A DNA stretch of 64,000 nt from Podarcis liolepis (taxonomy: Eukaryota). The stretch lies in NCBI GenBank assembly GCA_965112155.1, contig OZ218101.1. One strand, 5' to 3'. Positions 50,511-64,000 of the stretch are shown one piece after another (positions within the stretch are counted from its first letter, which is position 1; every line of letters starts with the position of its first letter). Position numbers and translations under genes: made by a program. A model generated the notes under the pieces. It had not been told where the DNA came from. It saw nothing but the letters and a program-made list of their open reading frames with translations, and made no database searches.

Positions 50511-50671
50511 CAGTAATACTTCTGCAAATGTCCATCTTGTCTAGTGTCCATTCCAGTGAACGTCCGTGGAAAATCCGGAAGTACCGGAATGGGGTACTTC
50601 CGGGTTTGCCGCATGTGCAGAAGTATTCCGGGCTCCGGAACAGATCCCGGCCGCAGAACGAGGTACGACTG
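50511..50671. mobile_element. Short Tc1/mariner MITE (CAGTCGTACC-type end) 190 bp upstream of the Ig1 exon
   Basis: Right end gaggtacgactg-TA; degenerate left end TA-cagtaatacttc (9/12); CpG-rich interior. Confidence 0.65.
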
Positions 50672-50814
50672 TATTCAGGTGTTAGACATGTTGAATTCTG
50701 TGGTACTTACTCCCATGAAAGTGTTTGCAGGCCAGATTTTCAGCCTAAAATATTATTGAAAGCATCTGTTTTATTTCTAGTGTAGAAATGCTTTAGAGAA
50801 ACTAGTGAGTTTAA

Positions 50815-51192
<378 letters not shown>

Positions 51193-52179
51193 TAACCCCT
51201 ACACTATCTTAATGTCATGAGATAATGTGTAGTTACCTTGATTCACAATAGAAATAAGGACATTTTCCATTAAGCATTCCTATATACTTTAATCTGTTAA
51301 ATTTGAATTACTCATAAAGTATGTGGGGATGCTGAAAAGAAATGTTCCTATTTCTTAGTCTTTTATATGCACATGTATTCAGTGCAGCGGCCATACATAA
51401 TGTGCAATTGGCACTAAGATATGTTGTGGTTCATGTAGTCATGAATGGTGCTACCATGGAAGAAGCCTAATCTTTCCTTCAAGTATAATGTCCTTTTGAA
51501 TTTGGTTTTGTTGCGCCTAATGTCAAAATATAGCTGTCATTTTATATATACATCACTGCCTATTTATTTCTTTTTATCAAGACATCTTGTCAAGTTTTCC
51601 CATGTATTGTTGGAAATTTCAGAGCCTTCATATGCTCATACCATAGTCCGTACATTGTGCGTGTGGCATGTGACAATACATAAGGAGTAGCTTTTTTAAA
51701 AGTTGACACTGAAGGCATCTATGGTGTTTTTGATAACCACTGTTTGCACTGAGGGAGAACCTATTCATGAAAGCAAATTAAGGAAGAATTTTACTATTTG
51801 TATAGTATAGTAGAATTGACTTTAGGGTATCATAGATATATAATGTGGGTTGGGTTTTTTTTTTTAATCTGTTTCCTCTATTGATTATGTGCATTATCCA
51901 GCCAAGGTTAAGAACCTAATTGTAAAGGAAGAATTAAGCAGAGAGGATTTTCAATGTGTACCTTGGAATAGATTTTGACTTATGTGAGATGTTTATGTGA
52001 CATAAAATTATCAGAATATCAGGCGATTGCTAGGATAAAAGTAGCATTTTTATTTAAACTATGTGAAATTTGTTCTTGTTGGCATTGGTGATTTTTGTCT
52101 ATTTGTGTGGTAGATTTGTATTAGTATTAGCATTTATAGTAGAAGCGCCAAACAAGATGTACTTTGTACTTTGTTCTTT

Positions 52180-53700
52180 TGATTTTTGGTAATAATATTT
52201 TATTGAAAGAATTTCAGTTATAAAGAAATAAAGTGATACAGAAACAGAAAAATAAGGAAAGAAAAAAGGTGCAGAAAAAAATACAATGTAATATACCCCC
52301 ATACATTCTTACATAAATAAATATGATATTATTATCCTAATACATATGTAGATATTAATAACCTACTACATTCTGTATAAACTCATTCCAAATGTTGTCA
52401 TATTTATCCAAGCAAAGTCTACATATATAAGCAGTCCGTTCATAAGTTGTGAGTGTTGTCATATTGTCAATTCATTGATTAAAGGGGATTGTATCTTTAT
52501 TGCTTCATTTCATCAGTATCAGTCTCTTGGCCACCATTAGGGTCCATATAATCCTTTTTCATTGTCCCATTGTTAACTTCTATATAGTAGGTGCTTCACT
52601 GGACTTACACAGTCCAGCACTTTCTGCCAAAATTTAGTTTAGAACGTTGTATGAACATGTGTTTCAAAGAGGCACTGTCCTTACCACATCTCCAGCATAG
52701 AGCTACCTTAGTCCTTTTTTATACAAACGTAAAGGAGTCCAATAAATCCTGATCATTATTTTTTGCTGTGTAAGTCTCAATTTAAGGTCCATTGATACCT
52801 TTCCCACTGTCTAGGTAATACTGAAAGTTACAATTCTTTATTCCAGCCATTTCTTAGACTACTTATGCAACTTAGTGATCATTAATATATATCTATAAAT
52901 AAGTAACCACTGGCTTTTAAGTTTCAAATGAGTTATCAAATTGTTCCAATATCTCAGGTGTCTCAAAAGCTGAGAGGGCTGCTGGCCCAAACTCACTTGC
53001 TAGAGGTTGTAACTGAAGATATTGCCATTGAGTTGCATCTGATAGAGGATATTAAAACATCATTGGTGTAAAATTCATCTTCCTCATCTATTAGTTGGTC
53101 CAAAGTCAACACACCTGCTTCTGTCCAATTTTTCCATGTCACTATATCCTCCCCCAAATTTTTAGAGTAGGATTTCCCCACAAAGTAAGTTTGGCATGTG
53201 AGAATGGATCAAATTTGTTTTTGATAGACAATATATTCCATATCCTTCTAACTGACTTAGTTGTTTCCAGAGTCAACTGGGATTTCAAATATTTTGATCC
53301 TACTATTGTCTAACCAACTAAAGGTGTGTATATTCTAGGGTTGCCCACATCAGAAAATTAAGACCAACAGTGGGTTTCCAATATTTAGTACTTGTCAATA
53401 AATAGGCAGAGTGATATAGTTCCAAATTCGGAATTCCAAAACCACCTTCTTTAATTTGTAACTTCATTCTTTGCAACGATATTCTAGGTGTTGTTGATCC
53501 CCAAAAACATTTCCTAAACAGAGAGATTAACTTTTGGAAATATGATCTTTTTATAAAAGGTGGGAATCCTCTCAGAATATAAATAAATCTGGGAATTTTA
53601 TTCATTTTGAGAGCATTCATCCTTCCCCAAATGGTACCTTGTTGATATACATAAGAAGCCCCGTTGATCACATTTTCTCACTGCTCAATGTTTGCTAATT
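52180..53700 (-). mobile_element. L1-clade LINE 3' fragment (ORF2 post-RT region and 3' UTR)
   Basis: Minus ORF WGRMNALKMNKIPRFIYIL...FWGSTTPRISLQRMKLQIKEGGFGIPNLELYH is typical of L1/Tx1 ORF2; AATAAA on the minus strand at 52199-52204. Confidence 0.85.
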
Positions 53701-54912
53701 TATGAATTTAGATAATTGTAATAAATAGGTAGTGTAAAAGTTAAACATATCAATATTACTATCATCATAGCCATCATCATGTTATAATTTTTAACTAAAT
53801 TTGGTTTTACTCCATAAATTCATGTGTTAATAGACTAAGAATTATTTAGCTCTTTGATCTAGCCTTTCCTCATCATACCAGAAAAACTGCTTGTTTTTTG
53901 AAAACATAAAAGAATACTTTATTATATTGAATATCACTGATCTCTTCTTCAGAGACTGCTGTGAGTCTCCAGTTACAATATGTGCAATCTCCCGAGTTAA
54001 ATTCTTAACCACTGCAGCTGGTGGTAGGTCATGCATGAACTGCAAGTCAGTTTTAAAAAAGTCCTTGGGGAGGGGGAAAAAACCTTGGATTCACTGTAGA
54101 CAAATAAAAAAACCAACACACCAAAGATCAGAGAACATGAAATCCAAGGCAAAAACTATAGAGAAGAGTTTTTGAAATGTGATCATGCACCTGATACTAC
54201 ATTATTTTACAGTTTTTATAGCCTTGAAGTTTCATAGTTTGCATTTACCAGTTAAACTCTTTGGGTCTTAAAGGTAAGATTCCTAGCTATTTAAATTGAG
54301 AGGCTGTTTGCCTTTCCTTTAAGATAAATGGTGGTATGTTTATGTTAAGATGTTCCATTAAGATTGATGGAATTGAGTTACAAACTTTCACAGATAACAG
54401 AGTGCTTCTATTGAAAACTTTGGTCTGGTTTCATGAAGGGCTTCAGAGTTTTCCCCCATCCTCTTCATTGCAATGCCATGCACCACCTGTCAACCTCCGC
54501 ACCACAACAGTGTCAGGTGTGGCATAGGGAGCTACATCAGCAGAACTCAGGAAAAACCTTGTTTGAGTAGAAATGCCTTTTCACTCACACAAGATGTATT
54601 TGACTCCAATACATTGATTTTAGAATAAACGGAAATTTGCACATTTACTACATATATTCAGATAAAATTTAGTAGTGTACTAGATTAATTACCACCTTTG
54701 GAAGTAGAGTTACGGAGTTTGAAGTATTGTCTCTATCCTAGAAACTTCAGAGACAATTGACTAAAAAATAAGTTATTTAAGGAATATTTATAAATAATGC
54801 AGGGTGCATGATTTGTGGTGCATGATTTTATTCTACTTTAACTGAGGCTGATTATAAATCATCTCACCTTCAGTTTTCATACGATTCAGACATTTTCTCA
54901 TTCACCTGATAT

Positions 54913-55675
54913 GCCCCCTTTCAACTAAAGCATGGTGGGCTGCCCTGAGATACTGACTCAAGATCTCAGTCTTTGGCCTAGGGAAGGGGCTACTCCCGCA
55001 CCTAAACAACGAGGAGTTTATCAGCTCATGGATGAAAACTATGATCAGAAAAGCCACTTCGATTTGAATGCCACCTTCACTATTGTACCATCTGGGCTAT
55101 GATACTGCCCTTGAATCTCCAAGGCAAAGGGTCTGGGACCATATCAAATAGCAATCTCCTAATCTCAATCTCATGTTATCTGTGGCCTGATAGTAGTAGG
55201 AATTCATTACGGGTACGATTTTCAGATACCTGCATATCTTAGAAATCTGTCTGTACCAATTTATTGGTATCTCTTTACCAAAGCCAGATTAAATGTATTT
55301 CCATCAGAAGTTCTAAATGGCAGACTGAGAGGCATCCCTTATCAAAATAGGCTCTGTGTATGCTCTCAGGATGTCGATTGTATGAGGCATTGTGAACAAT
55401 ATGAGGAAGCTAGGGATCTATTGATTAAACCCCTACTGGCAAATCGGCTGGGTAAATCTGAAGCCTACTATACTAAATATCTTCTGGATGACAAGTCTAG
55501 TGATATCACAGTGGCCATGGCAAAGTTTCTTTCGGCAGTCATATGTATCAAAGATCATCATACTTAAAGACTAAACAAATATCGTCTCGGTCTCCCTCTT
55601 CCAGGGGGTTGTCTGAATGAATCTGCATTTTATTCTGAATCTATGTTACAGGTTTTTGGACCGCAATAAAGATTA
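54913..55675 (+). mobile_element. 5'-truncated RTE-X-like LINE 3' end
   Basis: Frame FTKARLNVFPSEVLNGRLRGIPYQNRLCVC...HCEQYEEAR...AKFL (Cys/His-rich C-terminus), ends ggaccgcaataaagatta; perfect 14-bp TSD cattcacctgatat at 54899-54912 and 55676-55689. Confidence 0.8.
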
Positions 55676-58600
55676 CATTCACCTGATATTTTTGGCTTGT
55701 TTTAAGCTTAATTTTGGATAAGCTTGTTCTGCAGTCCTATGTTTATATATTTAGATATAAGTTCAATTGACTTCAACAGAACTTGCTCTGATGTACATGT
55801 ACATATCATTGTAACCTTAATAAATAGTAAGTAGAATATGGAAAAAAATATTCTTAATTGACCGTTGACGCTAAATAAATAATATGCTGCAAGGAAAGTA
55901 AAGAAATGGTTGCTTGGAATAGTTACAAATTGAAAGAGAATGAACAAAACTAAAACCAGGCATAACTGACACATGTTTGAATTCTATGGCTGCTAATCTC
56001 TTATTTTTTTAAGTAACAACAGCCATGGGGCCCCTTAATCTAGATTAGGTCCAGGACGTAGCAGAGAGGGATTTTGTCTCTTTCCCCCACCTGAAGCTAC
56101 CTGTCCCCAAAGCTTAATGCCCTATTTTCTTTATATGTTCAATAACTTGTAAGTTGGGGCTCATATCTTGTAATAAAAGAAGGGTGAACTCCCCCAAGTT
56201 CTGCTCAGAATAACTTGGAAATGAACACATTTGTTTCTAGAACAAATCTGAAACGCATTAGTTTATCTCTCAAGCCAATCTGATGAAATGAAGAAACACC
56301 CTTCTGCACCCAAATCTCAGTCCCCAAAGTACTCCCAATGGTAAACCGCTTTTTTAGTCATAATGCACCGCACAGCATGTTAGGACCACAGAGAAGAAAG
56401 GGAACGAAGAAAGCTGATACCCTACTGGCAGTGCAAGAGGATTGGTCTGGTTCTTTGAGAGCTGCCAAGGAAGGGGAAAGTCAATCTAGGAACTTTATTC
56501 CAGTTTGGAGATTAAAACAAGCCAAATCATTCATTCATTCAATTTATTTGCAAGCCACTTTTCCACAAAAAAGAATGCTCAAAGCAGATTCCAACAAAGA
56601 GAACAGGAATACATTTCAAATAAACACTGCAAAACAATTTCATAATAACACAGCAAAGCAGTAGCAAATATAGTAACAAACCAATAAGCCACATTCTGAT
56701 ACTATAAATATAACAAGATGACTTAAACAACATGCAGCAAAAATAACAAGGGAGCTTCACAGTTAACCTTAATCATAGAAATACTCTTTCCATGATGTTA
56801 CTCATAGTCCCTCTTCTGCAGCAGTTTCTTATACAATTCCAACACGCTTCTCATGATGAAACATAAGATTGATCCATATGCAAGGACCACCCTGCCCCAC
56901 CCCCGGCCTGGCTGTATAGCAATTATCCTGTAGATGTATCACACCCTGGTAACAACATATAGTTGTATGTTCTGGTAGGATTCATGGGGCCCTACAAATC
57001 ATGAAGTCCACTTTTATAACAATTTGCTAGTGATGCCTATTTTTCTTTTTTCATAATGTTTTGTGGCAAACATTTTGCATGTCCTTTTTAAAGTCTTCTC
57101 CACACTTTTGTACGGATTATGAAGTTCCCAGAACTGTCAGGTTATACTTACATTTTAGTAATAGATCAAGTATACCTGTGATTTTTTTTCTTTTAAAGTT
57201 TTACATATTCCTACTTGAAAGACTGTTTTAAGTTTTAGGGAATAAAATCCTCTGATTTTCTTTTAAAGAATTTGCAATTTGTTTAGAAGCAATTTGCATA
57301 AACCTTAATAAGGTTAGGACTTGTTTCAACCTTTAATTTACTCAAATCCAGTTGAAACGATCATAAGACACAGCTTGAAGAAGTTGCAAAGGTAAGATTC
57401 ATACCTGCACTTAGAATAGAGAGAACGCCTAGCGCTGGCTGAGACTGTCTCAGATCCAGAGCACTATCTCTAATCCAGGCAGAGTTGGTTGCAGTACTAG
57501 AGATAGCAGCTGTAGCCCCAGGTGTTGAATATGAGGCAGCCGCTTGATCTATCGACCACTGTAAGAGGGGCTCTGGCCTAAATGAAAATTCATGAAAAAT
57601 TGATGAAGTCCCCAGATTATTTTTTTCCCTTTTCTTTTTTCAGCACTGGGCCAGTGTAGTGAGGAGAGAGATTAAATGAGGTGTTGAATGCTTTAGTAGC
57701 AAGAAGGTTGTGGTTCAGAGGTCAAAAGTCATGCAAAAACTGATCATTTCCCTCCTACCCTTTCTTTTGGAACAAAACACAAGTCACTTATTTAGCAGGG
57801 CTTCCCTACTTTTTTGTGTTTGCGTACAGTATATTAAAAATTAGAAACAATTTATATAAATTCACTTTTTCCAGTAAAAAAACGAGGCTTGATGCTGATA
57901 AAATAATGAACAATATCCTTCTTTTTAATTTAGTCAAGATACTGAAGAATATAGCTAAAGGCTGTATTTTGGCCACCATCTTTCAGGGTGCTTGCCTGAT
58001 TTCATTTAAAGAGAGGAAATGGTCTTGCATTATTTATAGGTCACAGATTGCTGAAATAGCAAGCTCTGGACCACTCTCCAAACATAATGATCCTGTTTGC
58101 TTTAAAATCTAGAGTAAATTGATGCTTTTATCTGTCAGAATAAGAGATTATGGCATTTACTGAATTTAGCAAGGGCATCACTCTAAAACATGAACCAATT
58201 TTTTTCACACAATATGTCTAATCTTGTTTCATGTCTCTCTAGTTTGTACCAATATAAGGATTAGATGAAAAGACCCACCATATTATAGACTGACTAACCA
58301 TCCTATAAGATTGCTGATAAAATTAAATTTGATCAAAGGTACCTAAAAATCCAAGTATTTTAATAATAATAATAAAAATATAGTATACCAAATTCAGTGG
58401 GTTTTTTTCAGATTTGGAAGTATAGATACTAGCTGGCTAGATGCAACAATTTTACATCTCTAAAATACCTTTTAAAAAAATTAAGATTTCTCAAGGTGTA
58501 AGTTAAAACAGGAATTGTGGAAAGGAAGGAGTGATCTCATAAGACTCAACTTTATGCAAACTATATTATCTTGAGTTGAGTTGAAGGAGCATGGGAAGTG

Positions 58601-59099
58601 AAACTGAAAAGGGGTGAGATTGGAATATAGTAGATAACCTCCAGGGAGTCAGTTAAGTAAATTCAATGAAATTTTGAGTTTGGGAAGCGTAGATCTAATA
58701 AGTTTGTTGGAGTGGAGAATTTGATATGATTAGAAATATTGCTTTTGGATCTGTTATTATTAACCCTTTTTACATGACCACCATTTATTTTTTTAACCGA
58801 ATGTGTAAAATTGCTTATGCCATACTCTGCAGTTACACTACTGCAACCCATTGCAGGGGGGACATAGCTTTGTGGCAGTGCAAACACTTTCCATGCAGGA
58901 AAATCTTGATTCAGTTCCTAGCATCTCAGGTGATTTGCCCCCCGCCCCCCACTTAAAATATGTATATACTATCCTTCAGCAGAGTTTCCAGGACAGTATA
59001 CAAAACCAATATAAATTATTACAATAGTGCATTGAGAGACAGCAAGAGACCATTATGATACAATAAAAGCACTATCCTTTGAGGGTTGTTTTTTTTTAC

Positions 59100-59420
59100 T
59101 ACTTTATGAAATAAAAAATGAAATAAAAAGTTTTGACGATAAAAATGACATTGCCTGAAAGGAATACAGTGCCAAAGGGATAACAACGTTGACGCTGGGT
59201 GGGTCAGCCCTGGAAAGAGAACTCCACAAATGAGGCACCCGCACTGAGAAGGCCCTTTCTCTCCCGGCCTCCATCTACCTTTCTTTAAATGGTTGAGGGA
59301 CTAGAGGAGAGCCTATGAAAATGATTTCATTATAGAGTAAGATTGATATGGTAGCAGGTGTTCCTTCAGATACTTTGGTCATAAGACCCATATGACTTTA
59401 AAGGGAAGCACAAGCATTTT
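59100..59420 (-). mobile_element. Degenerate L2 3' fragment
   Basis: aactccacaaatgaggcacccgcactgagaaggccctt...ccttcagatactttggtc...ttaaagggaagcacaagcatttt is the reverse complement of the L2 3' region. Confidence 0.65.
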
Positions 59421-61764
59421 GCATGAGATGTGACCTGAAATCTTTGAGGGTCACTGCCAGTCAGAGTAGACAGTATTAGGATGGATGGACAAAGCAGTAC
59501 TTCTCTTGTGTGGAGGGGATGGGTGTTACATGCTGTTTACTTATTTTTCTATGGACAAGTGCACTTAATAGTCTGTACTGATTCATTGTAGCTGCATCAT
59601 ATATTCAATAAAACTGAATCTTCAGTAACTTCCTAACCGTAATAATATGTGGCACACTTAGACTAATACTGACAGCAAAAACAAATAATTATGAGTTTGC
59701 TTCAGCAGAGACATCAGACATACAGTTGTATCTCTCTTGTGCATTGGAGGCCAGATTTCACATTTCTGAACATCCACCTTTAACCACTGAGTGAATGCAA
59801 AATCATGCAGCCTAAGGTTGTTTGGCTCTTGCCTTGAGCATGAATGCTTTATGCGGAAAAGGGATACTTCCTGAAAATGAATGCTACACCAGAAGTTTAT
59901 ATATTACCATGCAAGTAGGGTTGAACCGTGGGGAGTTTTCCATGGCTGACATACTACTTCAGTAATATGAAACCAGGCTTCATTAGCTGGATGATCATGT
60001 AACTTTGTGATTTAATGAACTATTATTCATCATTGGGCTAAACATACTTGAACTGGCCCCATTTCAATGTCACTGATTTTTGTTGAGAAATATTTTTTAT
60101 TCTACTATATATTTTGGATTGTTTAATTTTTAACAATGTTTCAGATTACAGCAAATACATTTCCACCATATGCCAACTATGTATTTTCTGTAATGTTTGA
60201 AAGGCAGGAAGCACACATGCAGACACATCCTCTTCACACTTTGTAGAGAAGGCGTGGCTGGCATGCTGTGTGAAATTCTACTTTTTGTACAGTTTGGAAA
60301 GCTACTGAAATGTACATATTCTTCTTGAGAGAGTATTTAAAGCTAAGCATCTTATAGTGCATCTTATATCATTTTTATTCTAACAGTCTGATGCTGTATA
60401 GGTTGATTACTGTTGTTCTCTGTTCCTTGTACTTTTGGCATGCTCAGTATTTTTCTAATTTTAGTCAGTTGAGAAAACAGCATAGCTGATCAAGATAGCA
60501 CATCATATTATTTAACACATTTGCATTTCCACACCTCTGTTCTCTCTGTATAGAAACCCGCAAGTGCTATTTGAATATTAATTAAAATACTGGCTATTGT
60601 TGGCATATGCCTCAGACATGTTGTACAATTTATGATGTCAGATGAGATAAAAAAATCATTTGAAGCAGCACTCCAAACCATTTACAAAACACTACATGAT
60701 CTCAATACTAACAAAGCACATTGAACTCCTAATTGTCAGAAATCATTGGGGTAAAGTTGGTGACATTGATGGGATTTCATTACTAGTAGTTACTTTTGTT
60801 TATAGAAAGTAGAATTCTATCACTTTCTTTTTTGTAACCCCAAGAGATGAAAACTTCTGCATTTTTCATGTAGGGAGTCACTTCACAATATTTGAATAAT
60901 TAAGTATCTGATGCCTGTTCAGTATTCAGAATGACTGGAGCCAGTGGTTTCAGTCTAGTAAGTAACAGGCAAATATCTGAGTTATATAAAGAACTGGTGC
61001 CGTTACCATGACTTCCGTAGATAATATTTGACAGTATTCTCTTAAATGAGTAGAATTGTTGTTCTTTGATATACATGTTGCTAAATATTCTTGCACTGCC
61101 ATGTCCAAGTAGAGACAATGGCCTTGACACATTAGCAAGCAGTCACAATATTTTCTTCCCCCATCTTGCTTGGATATTTCCTTCTTGTTGGACATAATAG
61201 ACACAGAGAACAATAGCAGGGTTAAGTCTTAAAGCCATCACTAATGTGATGACTGACCTATTGATTTCAAAATGGTGCATAAATACAGTTTGCTTTCAAC
61301 ATCCTTACCATATTTTCATTGGGGATTGGTTTGTGTGTATATATATTGAATGGTAGGTGTTTTGTGTGAACTTTTAAAATGGCATAATGTATTTATGTTT
61401 ATGTTATTAAATGTGTTGTAGGCTTATTGATAACAAGTGACTAACAAGTAATGTGATTGTGCTTGCTTAAAAAACAAATGAAGTAGTTACAGTTCTAATT
61501 AAATATTTAGGCATTACTTTTTTTCCTCCATTTGAGGTGGAAAATAAGATACACTTTTAAAAATCACGCTTAAAAAAACCCCAGGACTTGCCTATCTAAT
61601 ATGAGAGTTTTCCCAACAGTTTGGACTCTCAGGGCTGTTTTTCCTATTATACCATCTTCCATCAGTTGTTTTTGCCCCCTTCTCTTCTATCTTAATGAAA
61701 CATTTTTATATACACAAAGGAAATCTCTTGTCAGTTCTGACGATACTAACATTCAAGAGAACTT

Positions 61765-61880
61765 CCAGAAGTGTAGCCATGTTCATTCGTTCCTGCAAAA
61801 ATTAAAAGTCTCATAGCACCTTGGAGATGAGCAAATTTATTGAGGCTTGGGTTTTTGGAGGTTACAACTCACTTTGTTAT
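61765..61880. mobile_element. Penelope-like terminal-repeat relic
   Basis: gtagccatgttcattcg...gcaaaa...aagtctcatagcaccttggagatgagcaaatttattgaggc resembles the 5710-5790 arm. Confidence 0.45.
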
Positions 61881-62534
61881 TTGGGAGATGTTTTAGAAGT
61901 TGGTAGAGGAAAATGTGTAAAGGTCGGGGGAGCTTGAAGATTAAAAACTTTAGAATTTATAGAGCTTTATTATATGAAGCGAAAGTAACAAAATATTAAG
62001 GAAACCTGATGGTCCATTTATCTTGACAGCCTTTAAATTCACTCAAGTGTTTTTCTAGCATGTGCATGGTAATTTGGGATTTGCACAGAAAAAATTATGA
62101 AAATCATGAATTTTTTAAAAATTATTTCCACAAGGGGAAAACACTCATCCCTAAAGTGAGTGTCTTTTTCTTCAGCTTTCTTCAGTGCATCACCAAAAAA
62201 GACAGGAAAAGAAGGAAAAGGTTTACATCAAATTTGCACATTCTAATTTTTATGTGCAGATCTAGATTTTTAAATTATTTAATTTAAATAGAAATACAGT
62301 ACATCTCACCATAATGCAAACAGGTAAGCTGTTTGCCTGTTCTATCTGCTACCCAGGTGCTGTTGATGGGCAGCTTCAAAGTCCCTGCTTCTGCTTCTTG
62401 TGGTACTTTATCTTCAAATCAGACTTTAAATAGCTCTTCAGATAAGTGACAACTTCAAATAGAGGACTGTCCTTTGACAGCTCTTCACATAAGCAGCTGT
62501 CCTCAGTAAAGTAGGATGTATGGAAGGACTCCCC

Positions 62535-63275
62535 AGTGAGAAAACATTACAGCATTTGGGACTTTTTAGTTTAGAGTAAAGGCAAACAAGAGGGAATGTG
62601 ATGCAGTTGTATAAAATTACGCATGTTGTGGAGAAAGTGGACAGTTTCCCCCTTTCACTTATGATACTAGAAATCAGGGACGTCCAATATAGCTAAATGT
62701 TGGAAACTTCAGGACAGGTGAAAGTCCTGCTCTTACACTGCTCTTAGTTAAACTATGGAATTCTCTCCCACAAGACGTAGTGATGGCTACCAACTTAGAT
62801 GTCTTTAAAAGAGGAATAGACAAATCCATGGAGGATGAGGCTTATGTTCCAACTCCACTCTAGGAGGCAGTATGGCTCTGAACTGTTGTGGTCAGAGACG
62901 GGCAGCACTTGTTTGGTCTCAGGTCACTGGCATCTCAGTGGCATACTGGAAGGCAGAGATGGAGGGGTGAGGCAGCAGCAAGTTGGGTGCAGTACAAATG
63001 TACCAGCAGGAGCACCATGCCAACCTCACCACCACCCTCTGCTTTCTGGTAAGCCACAACAATGTTGGGGACAGGATGGTCAGGTAACCACATCCACCCT
63101 ACTGATCACTATTGTCTCTGAATACCAGTAGCTTGGAATTGCAGGCTGGGAGAATGCTATTGTGCTTGGGTTCTGTTTGTGTACTTTCCATGGGCACTGG
63201 GCTAGCCACTGTGAGAACAGACTGCTGGACTCATTGGAACTTTGGCCTGATCCAGCAGGACTTTTATGTTCTTCC
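62535..63275 (+). mobile_element. CR1 3' portion, interrupted by a decayed hAT-like insert at 62883-63114
   Basis: Colinear with the CR1 at 6900-7730; the insert has degenerate TIRs (9/13) and 8-bp TSD gctctgaa / tctctgaa. Confidence 0.75.
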
Positions 63276-64000
63276 TTCAACTACCGTGTGACAGCAGCTT
63301 CAGAAAATGCTGCACAGTAACCCAATTGCCTTGTATCCTTGCTTCTTTTTCTCAGCTTTTTTCTTTTTGATTGGACCTGTCTTTCATTTTGAGCATTTTA
63401 GTGTCTGAAGAATTTAAAATATAAAGTTTTATAAAACTTTTAATAAAAGCATCGCAACATTGGGAGTTTTTTGTCAGCAAGTTCACTCAGTCTCACTGGC
63501 ACAAATGAACAACCAGGAGAGTTTGTCTGTCATAACTCTTTCCTATATGAAAAACAGCTGTGTTCATATGGTCTTCTGTAACCTTAAAATACGGTGGGAA
63601 AGTATGTGTGTGTCATCTATTTATTTATTTCGTTTACATTCCAATTTTAAATTAGAGAGACAAGAGTTAATGTGTAAAGACAGAGAGTGAGCATGCACAG
63701 CTATGCAGTTGAACTTCTGTTTCTCCTAGTAAGGTAAAGGTAAAAGGTGAGTTGGTTTGCAATTTTTTTAAAAAATAATAATAATACAGAACTAGTCCTA
63801 CGTCCTGATTCCCCCCCCCCCCCGTTTGTGTACTTTTGTTGCTTTTCAGCTATTTTGCTTTGACATGTGGAAACAAGCTTTAAACAATTGGTGTTAAAAT
63901 GAACCAACATATTGGGCAGGTTAAGGGCAAGCTGAGGGAATGCCCTTATTTCAATATATGTGATATCAACAGCAGGATTAAAAAAAAAAATGAGCGCATG

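Overview
Vertebrate genomic DNA, most likely a squamate. The Squam3-like SINE, BovB, CR1/L2 and Tc1/mariner and hAT MITE content suggests a lacertid lizard (inferred from remembered repeat families, not a database search). The window holds the 5' part of ROBO2 on the + strand: a CpG-island promoter/5' UTR (~17.9-19.2 kb), the short signal-peptide first coding exon of the ROBO2b-type isoform (19239-19293), a ~31.6 kb intron with a 140-N gap, and the 327-nt exon encoding Ig domain 1 (50861-51187). The rest is intronic or upstream DNA rich in transposable elements, several with readable target-site duplications (TSDs). No other protein-coding gene, RNA gene, CRISPR array or prokaryote-type system is supported, and nearly all other ORFs in the track are spurious or TE-derived. 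I do not see a clearly new biological system. The best leads are an ancient LF-SINE-like copy in ROBO2 intron 1 (candidate exapted enhancer), a decayed hammerhead-ribozyme motif in a Penelope-like element split by nested insertions, a uORF overlapping the ROBO2 start, a solo LTR and an ETS-motif hairpin MITE near the Ig1 exon, inverted TE pairs in the pre-mRNA, and several templated-insertion repair scars.
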